DNA of 59,675 nt, the filler included, from Sphacelaria rigidula (Eukaryota), in the NCBI GenBank assembly GCA_964200075.2. It is 10 parts of 10 records of this genome, joined end to end, with 100 filler letters (N's around TTAATTAATTAA, not from the genome) between each part and the next. Parts side by side here need not be neighbours in the genome. Positions count along the whole stretch, not along the records: positions 11,957 to 17,834 come from CAXNAA020023790.1; positions 17,935 to 23,812 come from CAXNAA020023791.1; 8 more parts are not named here. The stretch is one strand, 5' to 3'. The position numbers and the translations under genes were made by a program. The notes beneath the pieces were generated by a model that saw only the letters and a list, made by a program, of their open reading frames with translations, did not search any database and was not told the origin of the DNA. Shown in pieces: positions 11,857-23,812 of this stretch (position 1 is its first letter; each line of letters opens with the position of its first letter).

Positions 11857-13844
11857 NNNNNNNNNNNNNNNNNNNNNNNNNNNNNNNNNNNNNNNNNNNN
11901 TTAATTAATTAANNNNNNNNNNNNNNNNNNNNNNNNNNNNNNNNNNNNNNNNNNNNATTTCGGAACTCGGTGGGGTTATGTTCCTTCGTTACATTTCATG
12001 ACTGTCCCGTGATCGAACAGCGTACACCTCGACGTGTGTCTCAACTACCACCACACTAGGGCTATTTCTTGGAGAAGGAGGAACGTCGTGAAGCGAGCCG
12101 TGCTGGTTGAGACAAGACGTAATGCCATGCATGATACAGAGGTTGTTCACAATGCTGAGGATACTTGTACCGACTTGATATTTTCTTGCACCAACGCCTT
12201 CTTTGCCTCATCCTCGCCCATCGGTTCTTTGCAAACAAACGGTTTGCCTGTGACACCTTGCTCTTCGTCAGGTTTGTGGATAAGGCCGATTTAACACACA
12301 CGGCTTGGGCAGATGACGACCCTCAGCTCTTGTATGCACCCGTGGCTTCCGTTTGAGGGTCTTTCGCGCCAGGAGTAGACGTGTTGTATCGACTCTTCTT
12401 TTCCGGAGTCCCGTGTCCGCGCTGTTGAGAGGAAGAGAAGCAGCAAGACAACAGACAGAAGAGGCAACAGGATGAGCACCAGGAAGCAGACGCCGAGAGC
12501 ACTAATACCGGGGGTGAATGATGCCCAAACAAATGCTGACGATGGTCCTCCACCACCAACCGGCGAGGATAGCTTTTTGGCGTCAATTGTAGTTGTTGAC
12601 GTTTTTCGTCAGTGATGTACAGCAGTCACAGTAGTCGGTTTGCGTCAGCTTGTAATTGAGCAAAACCGAAGAAACACAGGGCAAACGAGAAACGTTCGCG
12701 ACCAGAGCTCGCAATCTTGTGGTATACGGTCGACTTCGAAGCTGGTGTGGAAACGATGTCTTCACCCTCATCGTGCGAGCAGTGGGTTTCTCAGCAGTAT
12801 AGCTTACGCTGACGGTTGGATTAAGGCGGGGTAGCGTTACTTTCGAGGGGTTGCCCTAGTGCTTGTGTCGCCACAGGCTAGTGAAGCAGGCTGTTGAGGT
12901 ATCTACTCACAGCGCCGTGGCCTTCAGTTCATATTCAGCTCGACTACGCTCTTGCATACTATTAATAGTAATCCCACCGCCGCGAGAGTGTTCGGTATCG
13001 TTCACACAACGTCGAGATACGCAGAAAATACACTGAGAAAAGTCGCGGCAGCTGCTGCAAGACTGCACCTCCAGGGAGTGTAGTTCTCTTGTTTTGCTTG
13101 CGTTTGTCCTACAGCGCACGGTGCAAAACATGTTGCAATGTGATATCGGTTTCGACCTCTACCGCCCGAAGTATGCACGCGACGCACATGTCACAGCAAG
13201 GAATTTTTTTTCCAAGACTCGAAATAGTGTAGGTGCTACTGGCGCCGCTCCTTTCTGGAGAACTAAACACATGCGTTGTTCGGAGCTGTTCATGCCATCC
13301 ATACAGTACCGACTGCTCGAGGACTTCGACGGTATGTTATATCGGGTCTGATGAAAGGAGACGTCTAGTGGGAAATGCGCGCCTGTACTTGTCACTACTG
13401 ATGTAGCAGAGTGCGCAGAAGTGCATGAAAGAAAAACAACATTTTCGCTAGATTGGAGTGCATCTTCTGATTTAGAGTCAGCTTTAAATACAGTACGACC
13501 ACGTTGTTTTCACAGGTTGGTTCACTCATCCACAACGTTGGCGCCTATTCTCGGGGTTCGACTCTCAATATTAGCGCACGTGTACAATGGAGCATCACGA
13601 AACTTTGTATGGATGGATCTCTCGACTTCTTTTCCCGCCAGTTATCCGGGCTCCCAGGGTCCTGGGGGGGCACATGCCCTTCTGGGACCCCCAATAACTT
13701 GTGGAGGAAGAAAAACGATGCATAGGCACCCATTCCGAATTTTTCGTGCCGGGAATTTTTCGTGCTGCCTGCTGATACAGAATACAAGATTGGATCATCG
13801 GATGGTTGGATGAATAGTTCCTGCGACTCATCCATTTTTCGTTT

Positions 13845-14110
13845 CTATTCCAATTTTCAAATTGCTTGTTGTCTCAGGCTATTCCCGATTCAGCATTAGA
13901 TTTCTGTGACAGAAAACTCGTTTTTTTCGGAATACTCTTAAAAAAACAAGGAGAACTTTTCGAAGAACTGCTCAAAACATGACGCCATAATATGGAGTAT
14001 AGGGTAGTACACTGAACACAAGACAATTCTGCAGTGGTATATGGAGTGCAGAGTACTACACTGAACACGGGACAACACGGCAGTTCTGCAGTGTTTTTTT
14101 CAGTTATAGA
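13845..14110 (+). repeat. Dispersed repeat family B (other copy ~57525-57810)
   Basis: Shared TTGTTGTCTCAGGCTATTCC...GCATTAGATTTCTGTGACAGAAAAC...CAGAGTACTACACTGAACAC. Confidence 0.85.
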
Positions 14111-14389
14111 ACCGGAAGACGGACTGTATACAGTATGCATCAGCTTCTCTTGTTGCAAAATTAATCTTGCCGTGGCCGCGAGCGCTGGCGCCGATGCCAA
14201 CGGCAGCAGCCGTCGTGCTGACGGGTGCAAGCAGTACCCTGGCAGGCAGTATACCCGCACTGTGCTGTGCGTCGCTCCTTTCATTGGAGCATGGGGTCTG
14301 GCCCAGGCGGTCGAGCGGTGTATACTGGTGCTGGTTGTGTGCCTTTACCCAGCCGTGTCCGGTATCGCGCCAGTGATGGGTCCGGGTAA

Positions 14390-14740
14390 CATGAATTTTT
14401 CAACAGTCAAGTGTGTCGACAGCACTGCGTCCAGACTGATACTATATCTTACAGAGAGACGAACACAATTATACAGCACATCAAGCAATCTCAGCGGAGA
14501 CCAAACCGTCATCGCAAGGTCGAAACACACCCCAGAGCAGTGATAGCTACAGCAGATGAGAGCGGAAGTGAGTGTGTTTGTGCTGCAGTACAGTGAGACA
14601 AGACACGTCCCATGTTCAGTTCTTCGGCTGATTTCAAACGGGGCACTTCCCACACCCATAAATTTTATGCTGTAGTTGTCGCTGTGCTGTTGTGCATTTG
14701 AACACTCTACGACGAACATGGTGTGATGTGCGCTGGAGAG
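14390..14740 (+). repeat. Dispersed repeat family C (other copy ~49040-49450)
   Basis: Shared TTTTCAACAGT, CAGCACTGCGT, CAGCGGAGACCAAACCGTC and GCAGTGA(T/C)AGCTACAGCA blocks. Confidence 0.75.
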
Positions 14741-15900
14741 TGCCTGAACAGTTGTAGTGCTGTGAGGTGAGCGCTTATGGACAATAGAGGCGCTGCAAAA
14801 CTGCTCGTTGTTCAAATCTGTTGCGTGGGCTCCAGATTTCAGGTTGAGGTGGATCCTTCCTCCCACCGTTGCGCGCGGGAGGGTTTGCAGTTTGTACAAG
14901 TGGCGCTCATATTGAAATTCAAAAACTTGGAACCCGGATCTGCACGCAGGTTGAGACATGCGGCAGGTGTGGAAGTGGTCGTTAGCCCAAGCAGGTCCAA
15001 GGTCTGTGTAATGCTGCCGACAAGATGCAACAAGGGAGCACAACACCTACACACCCAGCCCTGCAAAAACACGCACAGACACCCACCACTCACGCGCATT
15101 GTTCAAGCGATACCTCACCATCCACACACGACAGCCTTTGTTTGACGGAAATCCGTCCAGTATTCGATGAAAGGCGGCGCGTGCGTGCAACAAAAAACGG
15201 TAAAGCTTCCAGTCTTGCATGACCCTGCGGTTACGTGCGCGGGTTCCACAGATATCAATGTTTTTCCGACCAATTCGTTCTCAACAGACATTCCACAAAT
15301 CAATGTGTTTCCGACGAAAAGAAGGAATGTGTCTCCAACTTTCAAACTACGCAAAAAAGATCTGCACGCAGGTTGAGAAATGCGGCGGGTGTGGAAGTGA
15401 TCGTTAGTCCAAGCACTCCCCCCCCTCCCCCCCCGCCCGCCACATTTTCGCTGCAAAACACAGAATTACGCAAAACCCAAGTGGTTCATTCACAGCTACC
15501 TACCCAACCCTGCGACATAGATCACGAACTCAGCACAGGGACATACACTACAGCAGTAATAGGAAACCGACACCACCACTGTTTTGGCATGATGTGTTCC
15601 TTTTTGTTATCGAAAACTTGGGCATCTAATTTTGTGGCAGGGTACACCGACGGAGTTGCGTGTTGGGGTGGGCAATCGAATCGCCAACGGGCTCATGGAT
15701 CGTAGAGGCCATGAAAAACTGCACATGGTTCAAATCTGCTTCGCATCCTCCTGTATGCAGAGAGTCAGAAAGCTGTGCTGTCTGTCAAATCTGCTGTGTG
15801 TCACGTTGCCCGCTTCTTCTCCACATCGCGCGCGCATGCTGTGCGAATGGACAGTACAGGCCGCTACTGTTGTACAGCAGTATGTACTGTACTGCCTACC

Positions 15901-16133
15901 TTTTGGCCAAGAACGAAAATGTTGTGATGCGTGAGAGGACCGCGTGCTTGGAGGACCGCGTCGGAAGTTGGACATCCCTATGGTCGGGGTTGGGGTTAGG
16001 GTTAGTGTTGGGGTTGGGGCCAGGGGCGTGGTACTTGCAGGGACTGCCCCGATTGGTTTCGGAGAACGTCGATACTGAGGTGTTTCGAGCTACGGCGCGG
16101 TCCTCTGAGCACGCGGTCTTTTCACGCATTACA
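15901..16133. mobile_element. MITE-like element with ~38-bp inverted repeats enclosing a telomere-like GGGTT(A/G) tract
   Basis: 15923-15960 pairs with 16096-16133. Internal GGGGTTGGGGTTAGGGTTAGTGTTGGGGTTGGGG at ~15986-16019. Same left end at ~58863-58937. Confidence 0.75.
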
Positions 16134-16589
16134 CTATGACCTGCGAAAAACGCAAGGGTGCTCTGGAACGGTCTCGTCAACATTCGCTGAGCCCTCTTTT
16201 CGGGGCAAAAACGACGGAGAAGGGTCAAAAAAGCACTTTTCAACAAGTTATATTTTTTTGAATACATACCAAGTAGCCTAACAAAGGGAGAGGAAAAAAG
16301 AAAATTGGAAGCGCAATTGCAAAGCAGAGCAGTCTATTTGAAATAAATGCAATGTATCCGATCCGTCTCTGTTGCCAGCACCGATGGATGTGTTTTTTCT
16401 CCCCACCCATGCAAACACGAATGCAGGTGCTCCACATTCATCAAGTATCTTGGAATCGATTCATTGAGCGTGGCGGTGACCAACGATGAAACCTTGTAAA
16501 AACACTGTATGTATGTATCCGTCGGATTCATTCCACGGTTAAGAGCTTCTACTCAGCCCGTTCCTCGACTGGCACGGTGAAGTATTCCA

Positions 16590-16874
16590 CACGTCGGACG
16601 AGCACGATTGTGGTGTGTGGCACTCGCACTCGTCGGGCTGCTCGTTGGCCGTAAAAAATTAATAGGGCGAGTACTCGAGTCATCGCTCGTTGTGGAAAAA
16701 AACAGTATGGCGAGAACTCGGGTCACTGTTCGTTGTGGCAAAATTAGTAGGGCGATCACTCGAGTCATACCTCGTTGTGGGGAAAAATGATAGGGCGAGC
16801 ACTCGAGTCATTGCTCGTTGTGGAAACAATTAGTAGGGCGAGCACTCGAGTCATACATCGTGATGAACGACGTA
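16590..16874. repeat. Element containing about five tandem ~43-bp units (TAGGGCGAGYACTCGAGTCAT...CTCGTTGTGG)
   Basis: Tandem units at ~16660-16855. The end ACGTCGGACGAGCACGA recurs in reverse at ~47852-47870. Confidence 0.75.
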
Positions 16875-17119
16875 AGTGGAGGCGTCAACAATCCGACGAG
16901 CAAAACATTGTAATGAGCTGTTCGACGATCTTGGACCTAGAATCTTGAACTTCGTACGCATATCTTCACATGTGTACAAGCGTCAAGCTCCAAAGCTCGC
17001 TTTCATTTCATCCAAGCTCTCCCCTTCACCCAACCCCGGTGGCCACAGACGGCGAAACAGGACGGGGATAAGATATGTAAAAACAGCCAGGATTCCTTAT
17101 TGAGGTTAAACATTTGGGT

Positions 17120-17730
17120 GAGGTTCAACGGACCATAGAAATTCCATTCGTTTTGTACAAAAGGGTCGGGGTTCGCAACCGGTTTTGACCGTGTAACCCC
17201 AACCCAGGAGTTTCTGCACGGCAGGGCAAGCATGATGATGAGCAGTCCAACAGAAAATCCGCCGTCATCAATTGTGCGGCATCTTCTGAGCAGGACCTAC
17301 GTCTACGCGCTATGGAACACGTAATAAAGCATGCTGAAACATACTTCTTTGGACTAGTCATCGAGTTTTCGAGCGCCTCTCGTTGAGTATCTGAGGGAGA
17401 CTTCAGACTGTTGCGCCGGCGACGACCGCCGTCAGCGAAACGATCCAATGCGGCGACAGGCACCAGCTATCTTTGAAACGCAGCTTTATTCAGCAGTCTG
17501 CTGAGATATACCATCACCAGAGTACAGCATGACTACAGTACAGCCGCCGGTTGGATAAAATGGATGCCCCACAATAAAGCTGCAGACACTCACAACGGGG
17601 ATAAGGGTTAGTCACACTCTTGGGGTTGTTTCGCCAGTAGTGCCCATGCGAGGCGCTTCATCCAGTCTGAACCAGCTGTCACGCCTCGTATGGCCACTTC
17701 CGCCGTGGCTGTGTTGAGAACCAGTTTTAA
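17120..17730. repeat. Dispersed ~600-bp repeat family D (other copy ~58985-59595)
   Basis: Colinear throughout, e.g. CGACCGCCGTCAGCGAAACGATCCAATGCGGCG and TTCAGCAGTCTGCTGAGATATACCATCACCA occur in both. Confidence 0.9.
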
Positions 17731-20042
17731 CTCTATATTCGTGAGATTCAGAGTGTAACATCGGATTCGGAGTCAGACCCGAAAGAATTGACTTTCCCGT
17801 CGATTTTGACATCGCCACAGTTCGAGGAGTAATGNNNNNNNNNNNNNNNNNNNNNNNNNNNNNNNNNNNNNNNNNNNNTTAATTAATTAANNNNNNNNNN
17901 NNNNNNNNNNNNNNNNNNNNNNNNNNNNNNNNNNTTATGTCATGTAGTTCTTGTCTTGATACACCTGGTATGGTTGTACATACGGCTGTCCCTCGAAAGG
18001 CCGCAAGATGGAACGCTGCGATTCTTAGTTCTTTAGTTCTTTGGTTGGCGGTATTTGGGGCCTTGAGCCTCGCCCGTAGTCGGACCTTGTGTTCATTCCT
18101 ACTTGTCGCGCGTCGAGTTGAAAAGTCGAGTGCCACCCCCTGAAGTCCGAATGGCCACCTGCGGCACCGGATCTTCTGAGGTTAGCCATATGTACCCCCT
18201 TTCTTCTTTATTATATATTCCTGTTTAGCTTGTATCGCGTTTCGTGAGTTTTCAATCTGGGTCTATTTTGTTTGTTTTTTTCTTTCTTGTTTTGCTAGCC
18301 TGTGACCACGGAAGGCGTCCGCATCAGATGCCCAGTACGAATGTACCGCGCAGATATCGGAGCGGTTTTTTAATGTGAAGACAACAACAACAATAACAAG
18401 ATGGCCGATGGAAGAGACTGATTTCCCGTCACATATGGGTACAATTTTCAAAAACAAGGGTACAATTGGGAGAAAAGTAGTCACAGCAGGGTACACCGTG
18501 GCCGTCTACCGCCGCCGCCGGGGGAAATGGTTGTTGGCCAATCAGCTGCTCTCATTTCTCCTCCAAACAAAGAGGGTACCCAGGTTTGTCGCTAATGTAC
18601 CATGGTATACCCTACTGTGACGTTTGCCCTTTTTTCTTTCTTGCGGCGCAACACTGAATCCTCCCGTCACCGCTTTTACTGTCCTTCCTCTGTCACACAC
18701 AGCCAGCAAGGGCGGTGCTGCGGCAATAATAGATAGATCCAACTTAGGGGGTGTCATTGATCGTTGATTTCCGCCGACCTCCCCCAGCCGGGCGGCCGAG
18801 CAGAAGGGCATGCCACACGCCAGTCGAGGGGGGTGTATGAGAGATCAAACAGTTGTAGAAACCTTTTTGACATGCGGAGGGAAAAAAGATACCTATGGTG
18901 GTGACCTAAATGTTGATAGCGTGGCGCATAGGCAATGTGCAGCACACGCTGGTCGCGTGAACAGCTCGGTACAGTACGAGCGGCTTCCCATAAGTAATAA
19001 TTATTCCTATGTCAGGAGGACGTGGTCACGGTAACAACGTGCACCGAAGTCGTAAAACATCCAAGTCAAATTCGTTCACGTGCGCCCTGTACGTGTCGTG
19101 AACTTTGAACTTTGTATCATCGCTGCCTGCCCTTTTCGTGTTGTGGAATGTCCTCTTCACCAGTACGTCTTGCCTCTTTGGGAGTCGGCACCGAGTCCCC
19201 AGACGATGTACCTATGCCCGCGCTCATGTTCACGTGCGAACGGACACAGCTTTCCCAGATAGTTGCTCGCTTTGCAGGCTTATTACCACAATGCACTGCA
19301 AGTACGAACACTTGAGCTGTTGAGTACCTTTCGCTTTCTTCCGTGGGTACAGAGAGCATGCGCGGTGTACATGTGGTTTTGGTCCTTTTCCATTTCAAGG
19401 GCGGAGGCGTTCGCGCTTTCATATTCAGAGTAGTTTCACGCCTGCAATCTTGCTGCAATCGCCACCATGATGCAGGCTGTGCGTCGATCATACCGGTGAG
19501 GTGCGGTACGCCGTGGGAGGGTACTATACCTATATCGTGCTACGGCTGCTGAGGGCAAGGAAGCTTGCATGTATTTGAGCTGAATGAGGCGATGTGACAA
19601 CCTCGGTAAGTGTTGGTCACTGTAGCAACGGAGGGCATGTACAACAACAGCCAGTCCAACATAGCGGTAGAACCTGGCATACGGAGGAGAACACCCCCAA
19701 TGGGAATCAAACCCATTGTTCCTTAACAATTCTTGCGCTACCTCGCCACTATCACCCCTTGAATCCTCGGGATGATTTTGCCAGAGTTCTTTAATCGCCT
19801 CTCGAACATCCAATCACTGACAGGCTCGCCTCTTGGATTTCCGGTGCTGAAAACAAACGTGTACTGTAAAAGAATGGCGGGACCCGTTGGCATTTGGGTT
19901 GCACAAAAGCATTAACTTTTGAGCCTCGGACATTCCAATTCGCGACACTCTGGGGAATCCGGCTCGTACTTGTATCGTCATACAGGATGCGCACTGAGTA
20001 GCAACATTGTATTCGCGTTGTTGTTATCCGGGCTACAATCGA

Positions 20043-20506
20043 TGTTGCAAAGTTAGACAGGACAGTCTGAGTTCTCTGTGTGTGATTGAAATCGCCGCTG
20101 CAAGATCCTGTATTGCATAAGCGGCACGACTTGAATGTTATTTGCTACGGTTCAGGTGAAACTGTAAACTACGTATGTGTCGTTTCACAGTACCTTTTCC
20201 ATGGTAAATTAGGGTACGTTTAAAGATATTTTGGTTTGTGTACAGCACTGGTTTTTCTCCAGGGGTGGAACGTATTGAGGCTCGCTCTCGCTCGCCCATC
20301 GCTTCTCACTCTTCCCAGCAACCCAGTTTTGCTTCCACAGCTCTCTCTTGCAAAAGAGGCTGTTTGATGTTCTAGGCCAGAAGCGCCGAACTACACCATC
20401 TTGGTTTTACTACACTGGCTCCTCGCAAGTAGCTTTACAGCTACAGTGCAAGCCTCTGCTTAACTGTCCAGTGAGACAGTGCCGCGTCAGCGAATAGTTT
20501 CCAACA
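20043..20506 (+). mobile_element. 5' LTR of a Ty1/copia retrotransposon
   Basis: TGTTGCAAA...TTTCCAACA inverted termini followed immediately by a PBS-like motif and gag. The 5' boundary is inferred because no second LTR is present. Confidence 0.65.
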
Positions 20507-20517
20507 GGTTATCAGCC
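20507..20517 (+). promoter_or_regulatory. Primer-binding site GGTTATCAGCC (internal tRNAiMet-fragment type)
   Basis: Directly after the LTR-terminal CA. Resembles the Drosophila copia PBS GGTTATGGGCCCAG. Confidence 0.7.
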
Positions 20518-20743
20518 TCGGTTCGCGACCACATAGGCCAACAGGTGCCTCTGATTCGCGACAACCTAGATCTTCAGGCCATCAGCCTTCGAGTCAAGTC
20601 TACATCGGTCAGCACGAGCGAGGAGGTGTCACATCAAGGTCGCCACAGCAGCGACAATCAAGAGTCCAAAAGAATCCTGATATTTCCAAAAAATCTACAG
20701 GTGTGAAGATGATAGTTATATTAGTAACGTGAGGCAGATTAGT

Positions 20744-23700
20744 ATGTCGGGAGAGCCATCTGTAACTCAGCTCATCAACAGCATCAACAAGTTCGACAGT
20801 ACAAAGTTCGCCGAGTGAATGCGCTCTACGCGCGCCATCATTTCATTAACTCATCCGGGGATTGCGGGTATCCTTTACGGGATCGAACGCCTCTCGGAAC
20901 AAGAAGAATATTTTTCTGAGGTAGATCTTCCACAACCAGCTGCCACAAGACCTGGCCCTGCTAGAACTCGTTCTCAAACCACCCGCCAGCAGTCGTCCGT
21001 TCGACCGCACTTCTCATCGGCGGAGGCAACCGCGGGGGACGAGACGTTCGCAGCGGTGGATGGGACTGGACCTACCGAAGAAGACCATCACTTTTCACGA
21101 GAATCTCGTTCTCCAAGCGTGGTGTCACATGTAAGGCGGGTTTCTAACACGCGTGAGATAGAAAGTTGGGACCGATGCAATCAACAATTGTTCCACGTCC
21201 TGTATCTGTCTACAACTGGTCCTGGAGCGAGTAATTTGTTGCTTTTCCATCCGAAGGGTTCAGAGAGACCAAACGGCAAACGTGCGTGGGAAGCTTTGAT
21301 TTCCAAGTATCAAAATTCTTCGAAGCAGAGAATCAGGGTTTGATGAGAGAACTCAACAACGTCTCTATGTCACCAGGGCAAGGCCTTGATACCTTTTTGA
21401 GCAAAGTGTATCAGCTTCGGGATGAACTGGACAACGTTGGCGAGGCCATCTCCGAAGAAAGACGGACTGACATAGTGCTTGAAGGTTTAACAAGCGTGTA
21501 TGACCTCATCAAGTACAATGCGGAGCGTGATCCAGATCTCAGTGTTCAGAGCATCGAGATAACAGTGCGAAATGTGTATGCTAATCGCATGGCGCGGAGA
21601 TATACCTCCGGGAAATCGCATGGCCGCGATTCATCACTGCTGGTGACATCGCTGTCGAAATCTTTGACTCATCCCCAGAAATTCCGTGCAAATTGCCACA
21701 CCTGCGGGAGACCAGGACACCAGACCAGGGACTATCGCTCCCAACTGCAGCAAAATAACGGGAACAGGCCTGCAAAATAGTGCAGTTTCCATCATACTGA
21801 CAAGCATGACGATACTGATTGTAGATCTCAACAGGACCGCGGGAATGCGATCAATAACGCTGGGAACAACAACAATAATCATCATCATCGTGGAAACCCC
21901 CGCCATCGAAATAACAACCGTGACAACAGCTGCAGCAACAGCGGTAGGAGCAACTACAACAGCAACATCGGCAGAAACAACTCCAACGGACATCAACGTC
22001 AAGCCAACACAGCCATCGCCGATCCAGCTTCTACAACCGCACCATCGAACAACAACTGTCTACAAAGTTCTTCATCTACAGCTGCGACAGTGATAGATTC
22101 ATCTTCACCGCCAAACGGTATGGGATTTTCTTTTCTCTTTGGTTCACATGTCACTGTTACATCCGATAAAATTTCTCTCCAGTTGACAGTGGATAGCGGC
22201 AGCACTGGACACTTTCTGGATGACCAGTTGCTACCCGATATCGAACGTGAAAGCTGGTCAAACTCGATCCCCCGGTGACTATTTTAACACCGGGACGCCA
22301 TCTACTACATGGTACCACAAAAGTAGTTCTGAACACCGTGGTCATTGACTCTGAGGGGTACCAACGTTCTGTACGGCTCCCAGCCGTAATTGTCCCAGGT
22401 TTGGGGAAGCATCTGTTCTCCCCTGTGCAAGCTCTTGCTAAGGGGTCTTCGAATATATTTTCTCACGAGTCCCATATAGACCTCGAAAAGTTAAAAGGGC
22501 CAATCAACAGTGACAGCTACGGAGCGTTACAGTACATCAGTGTGAGAGTTTCTCGGAATCCGGGTAATATTAATAATAGCTCAGCATTTACAGCTACAAC
22601 TATATCAGGAGAATCTATGGGCATCGGGTCAGCCATTGTTGCTGAAGCCATCCACCACGACATGCCGGGAATTTCAGCAGCCATGTCTGCCACAGCGGGA
22701 GCAGAATCGACAGCTTTGTCTACCGCGACAGGAGCAGACATTTGGCATAGGCGACTTGGACATCCAACGGAGCAGCAGGTCATGCGCCGTCTCTACTGAA
22801 TATTCCGAAATCAGGTGTGAACTTTGAGGCGTCACTGTCACCTTGTGTAACGTGCAAGCTTAATAAAAGTGTACAGCAGGGCCACCCAAAGACCGTAGAC
22901 GCCACGAACATTTCGGAACGACTGCAACTGGTCAGCACTGATCTAACAGGGCCGATTACGCTCATGGCGCAGTGCGGCTACCGGTACATGGCAAAGTTTA
23001 CGGATCACTTCTCGACTTCAAGTAGTCAACTTCATCAAAACGAAGGATGAGGCCCTAACTATGCTCTGCAGGTTCATCCAAGATTTGGCTATTCCTTTAG
23101 GACTCCGTGTACACCGTCTGCGGTCAGATCGTGGGGGTGAATACATCGCGGACTACTTCAAGAAGTACTGCAAGACTACGGGTATTCGTCAAGAGTTCAC
23201 CTGTCCATATACTCCCCAGCAGAATAGCATCAGTGAAAGAGACGGGCGGAGCATCTTGAACGTAAGACGTTGTCTCCTGAACGACTCGAATTTGCCGAAA
23301 TTTCTTTGGGAAGAAATTGCTGCAACTGCTTTTTTTTTAATCAATCGCCTACCGCACACGAGCATCGGCGGCGATACACCATATTTTCGAATGTTTCTCA
23401 AGCAGCCGAAGCTATCATCCTTGCGGACAATCGGCTCGAGGGCGTTTGTGCACAGGGAGCGTCATCACAGTGGGAAGGAGTGCTAGTAGGGTATGATTCC
23501 GATAGTCCATCGTACCGCATTTACAACCGCTACTCGGGAAAAATATCCAGTACCAGAAACGTCACTTTCATCGAACCAGTAACAGGAGCTCCTTGCAGTG
23601 ATGAAGATTTTTTTACTTTGGATATCCAGGAACCCGACGTATCTGCAGTTGATCGGGAACAACACGACGACAACAACAACTTCAGCATAAATATTTACGA

Positions 23701-23812
23701 TGGTATAGCTCAGCTAGAGGACAGCACCACGGAGGACAATTCACCGACTACAGGGCCGCCTATCGCCCAAAGGAGGTTGCGTTCAGCCGGTGGTCCCAAT
23801 CATCATCCTCCT
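20744..23812 (+). pseudogene. Disrupted Ty1/copia gag-pol (gag, Zn knuckles, protease, GAG-pre-integrase, integrase core), cut by the contig end before RT/RNase H
   Basis: ATG 20744 with in-frame TGA at 20816-20818; NGKRAWEALISKY; CHTCGRPGHQTRDY; protease LTVDSGSTGHF; WHRRLGHP...CVTC; DLTGP, RSDRGGEY, YTPQQNSISER; LVGYD..S.SYRIYN. Protease-integrase order indicates copia. Several frameshifts. Confidence 0.95.

Noticed and set aside
16660..16855. CRISPR-like regularly spaced repeats
   Set aside because: Units are head-to-tail and degenerate with no unique spacers, no cas genes, eukaryotic context.
19920..19950. Minus-strand WNVRG as a LINE endonuclease start
   Set aside because: No downstream QE or other APE motifs in frame.
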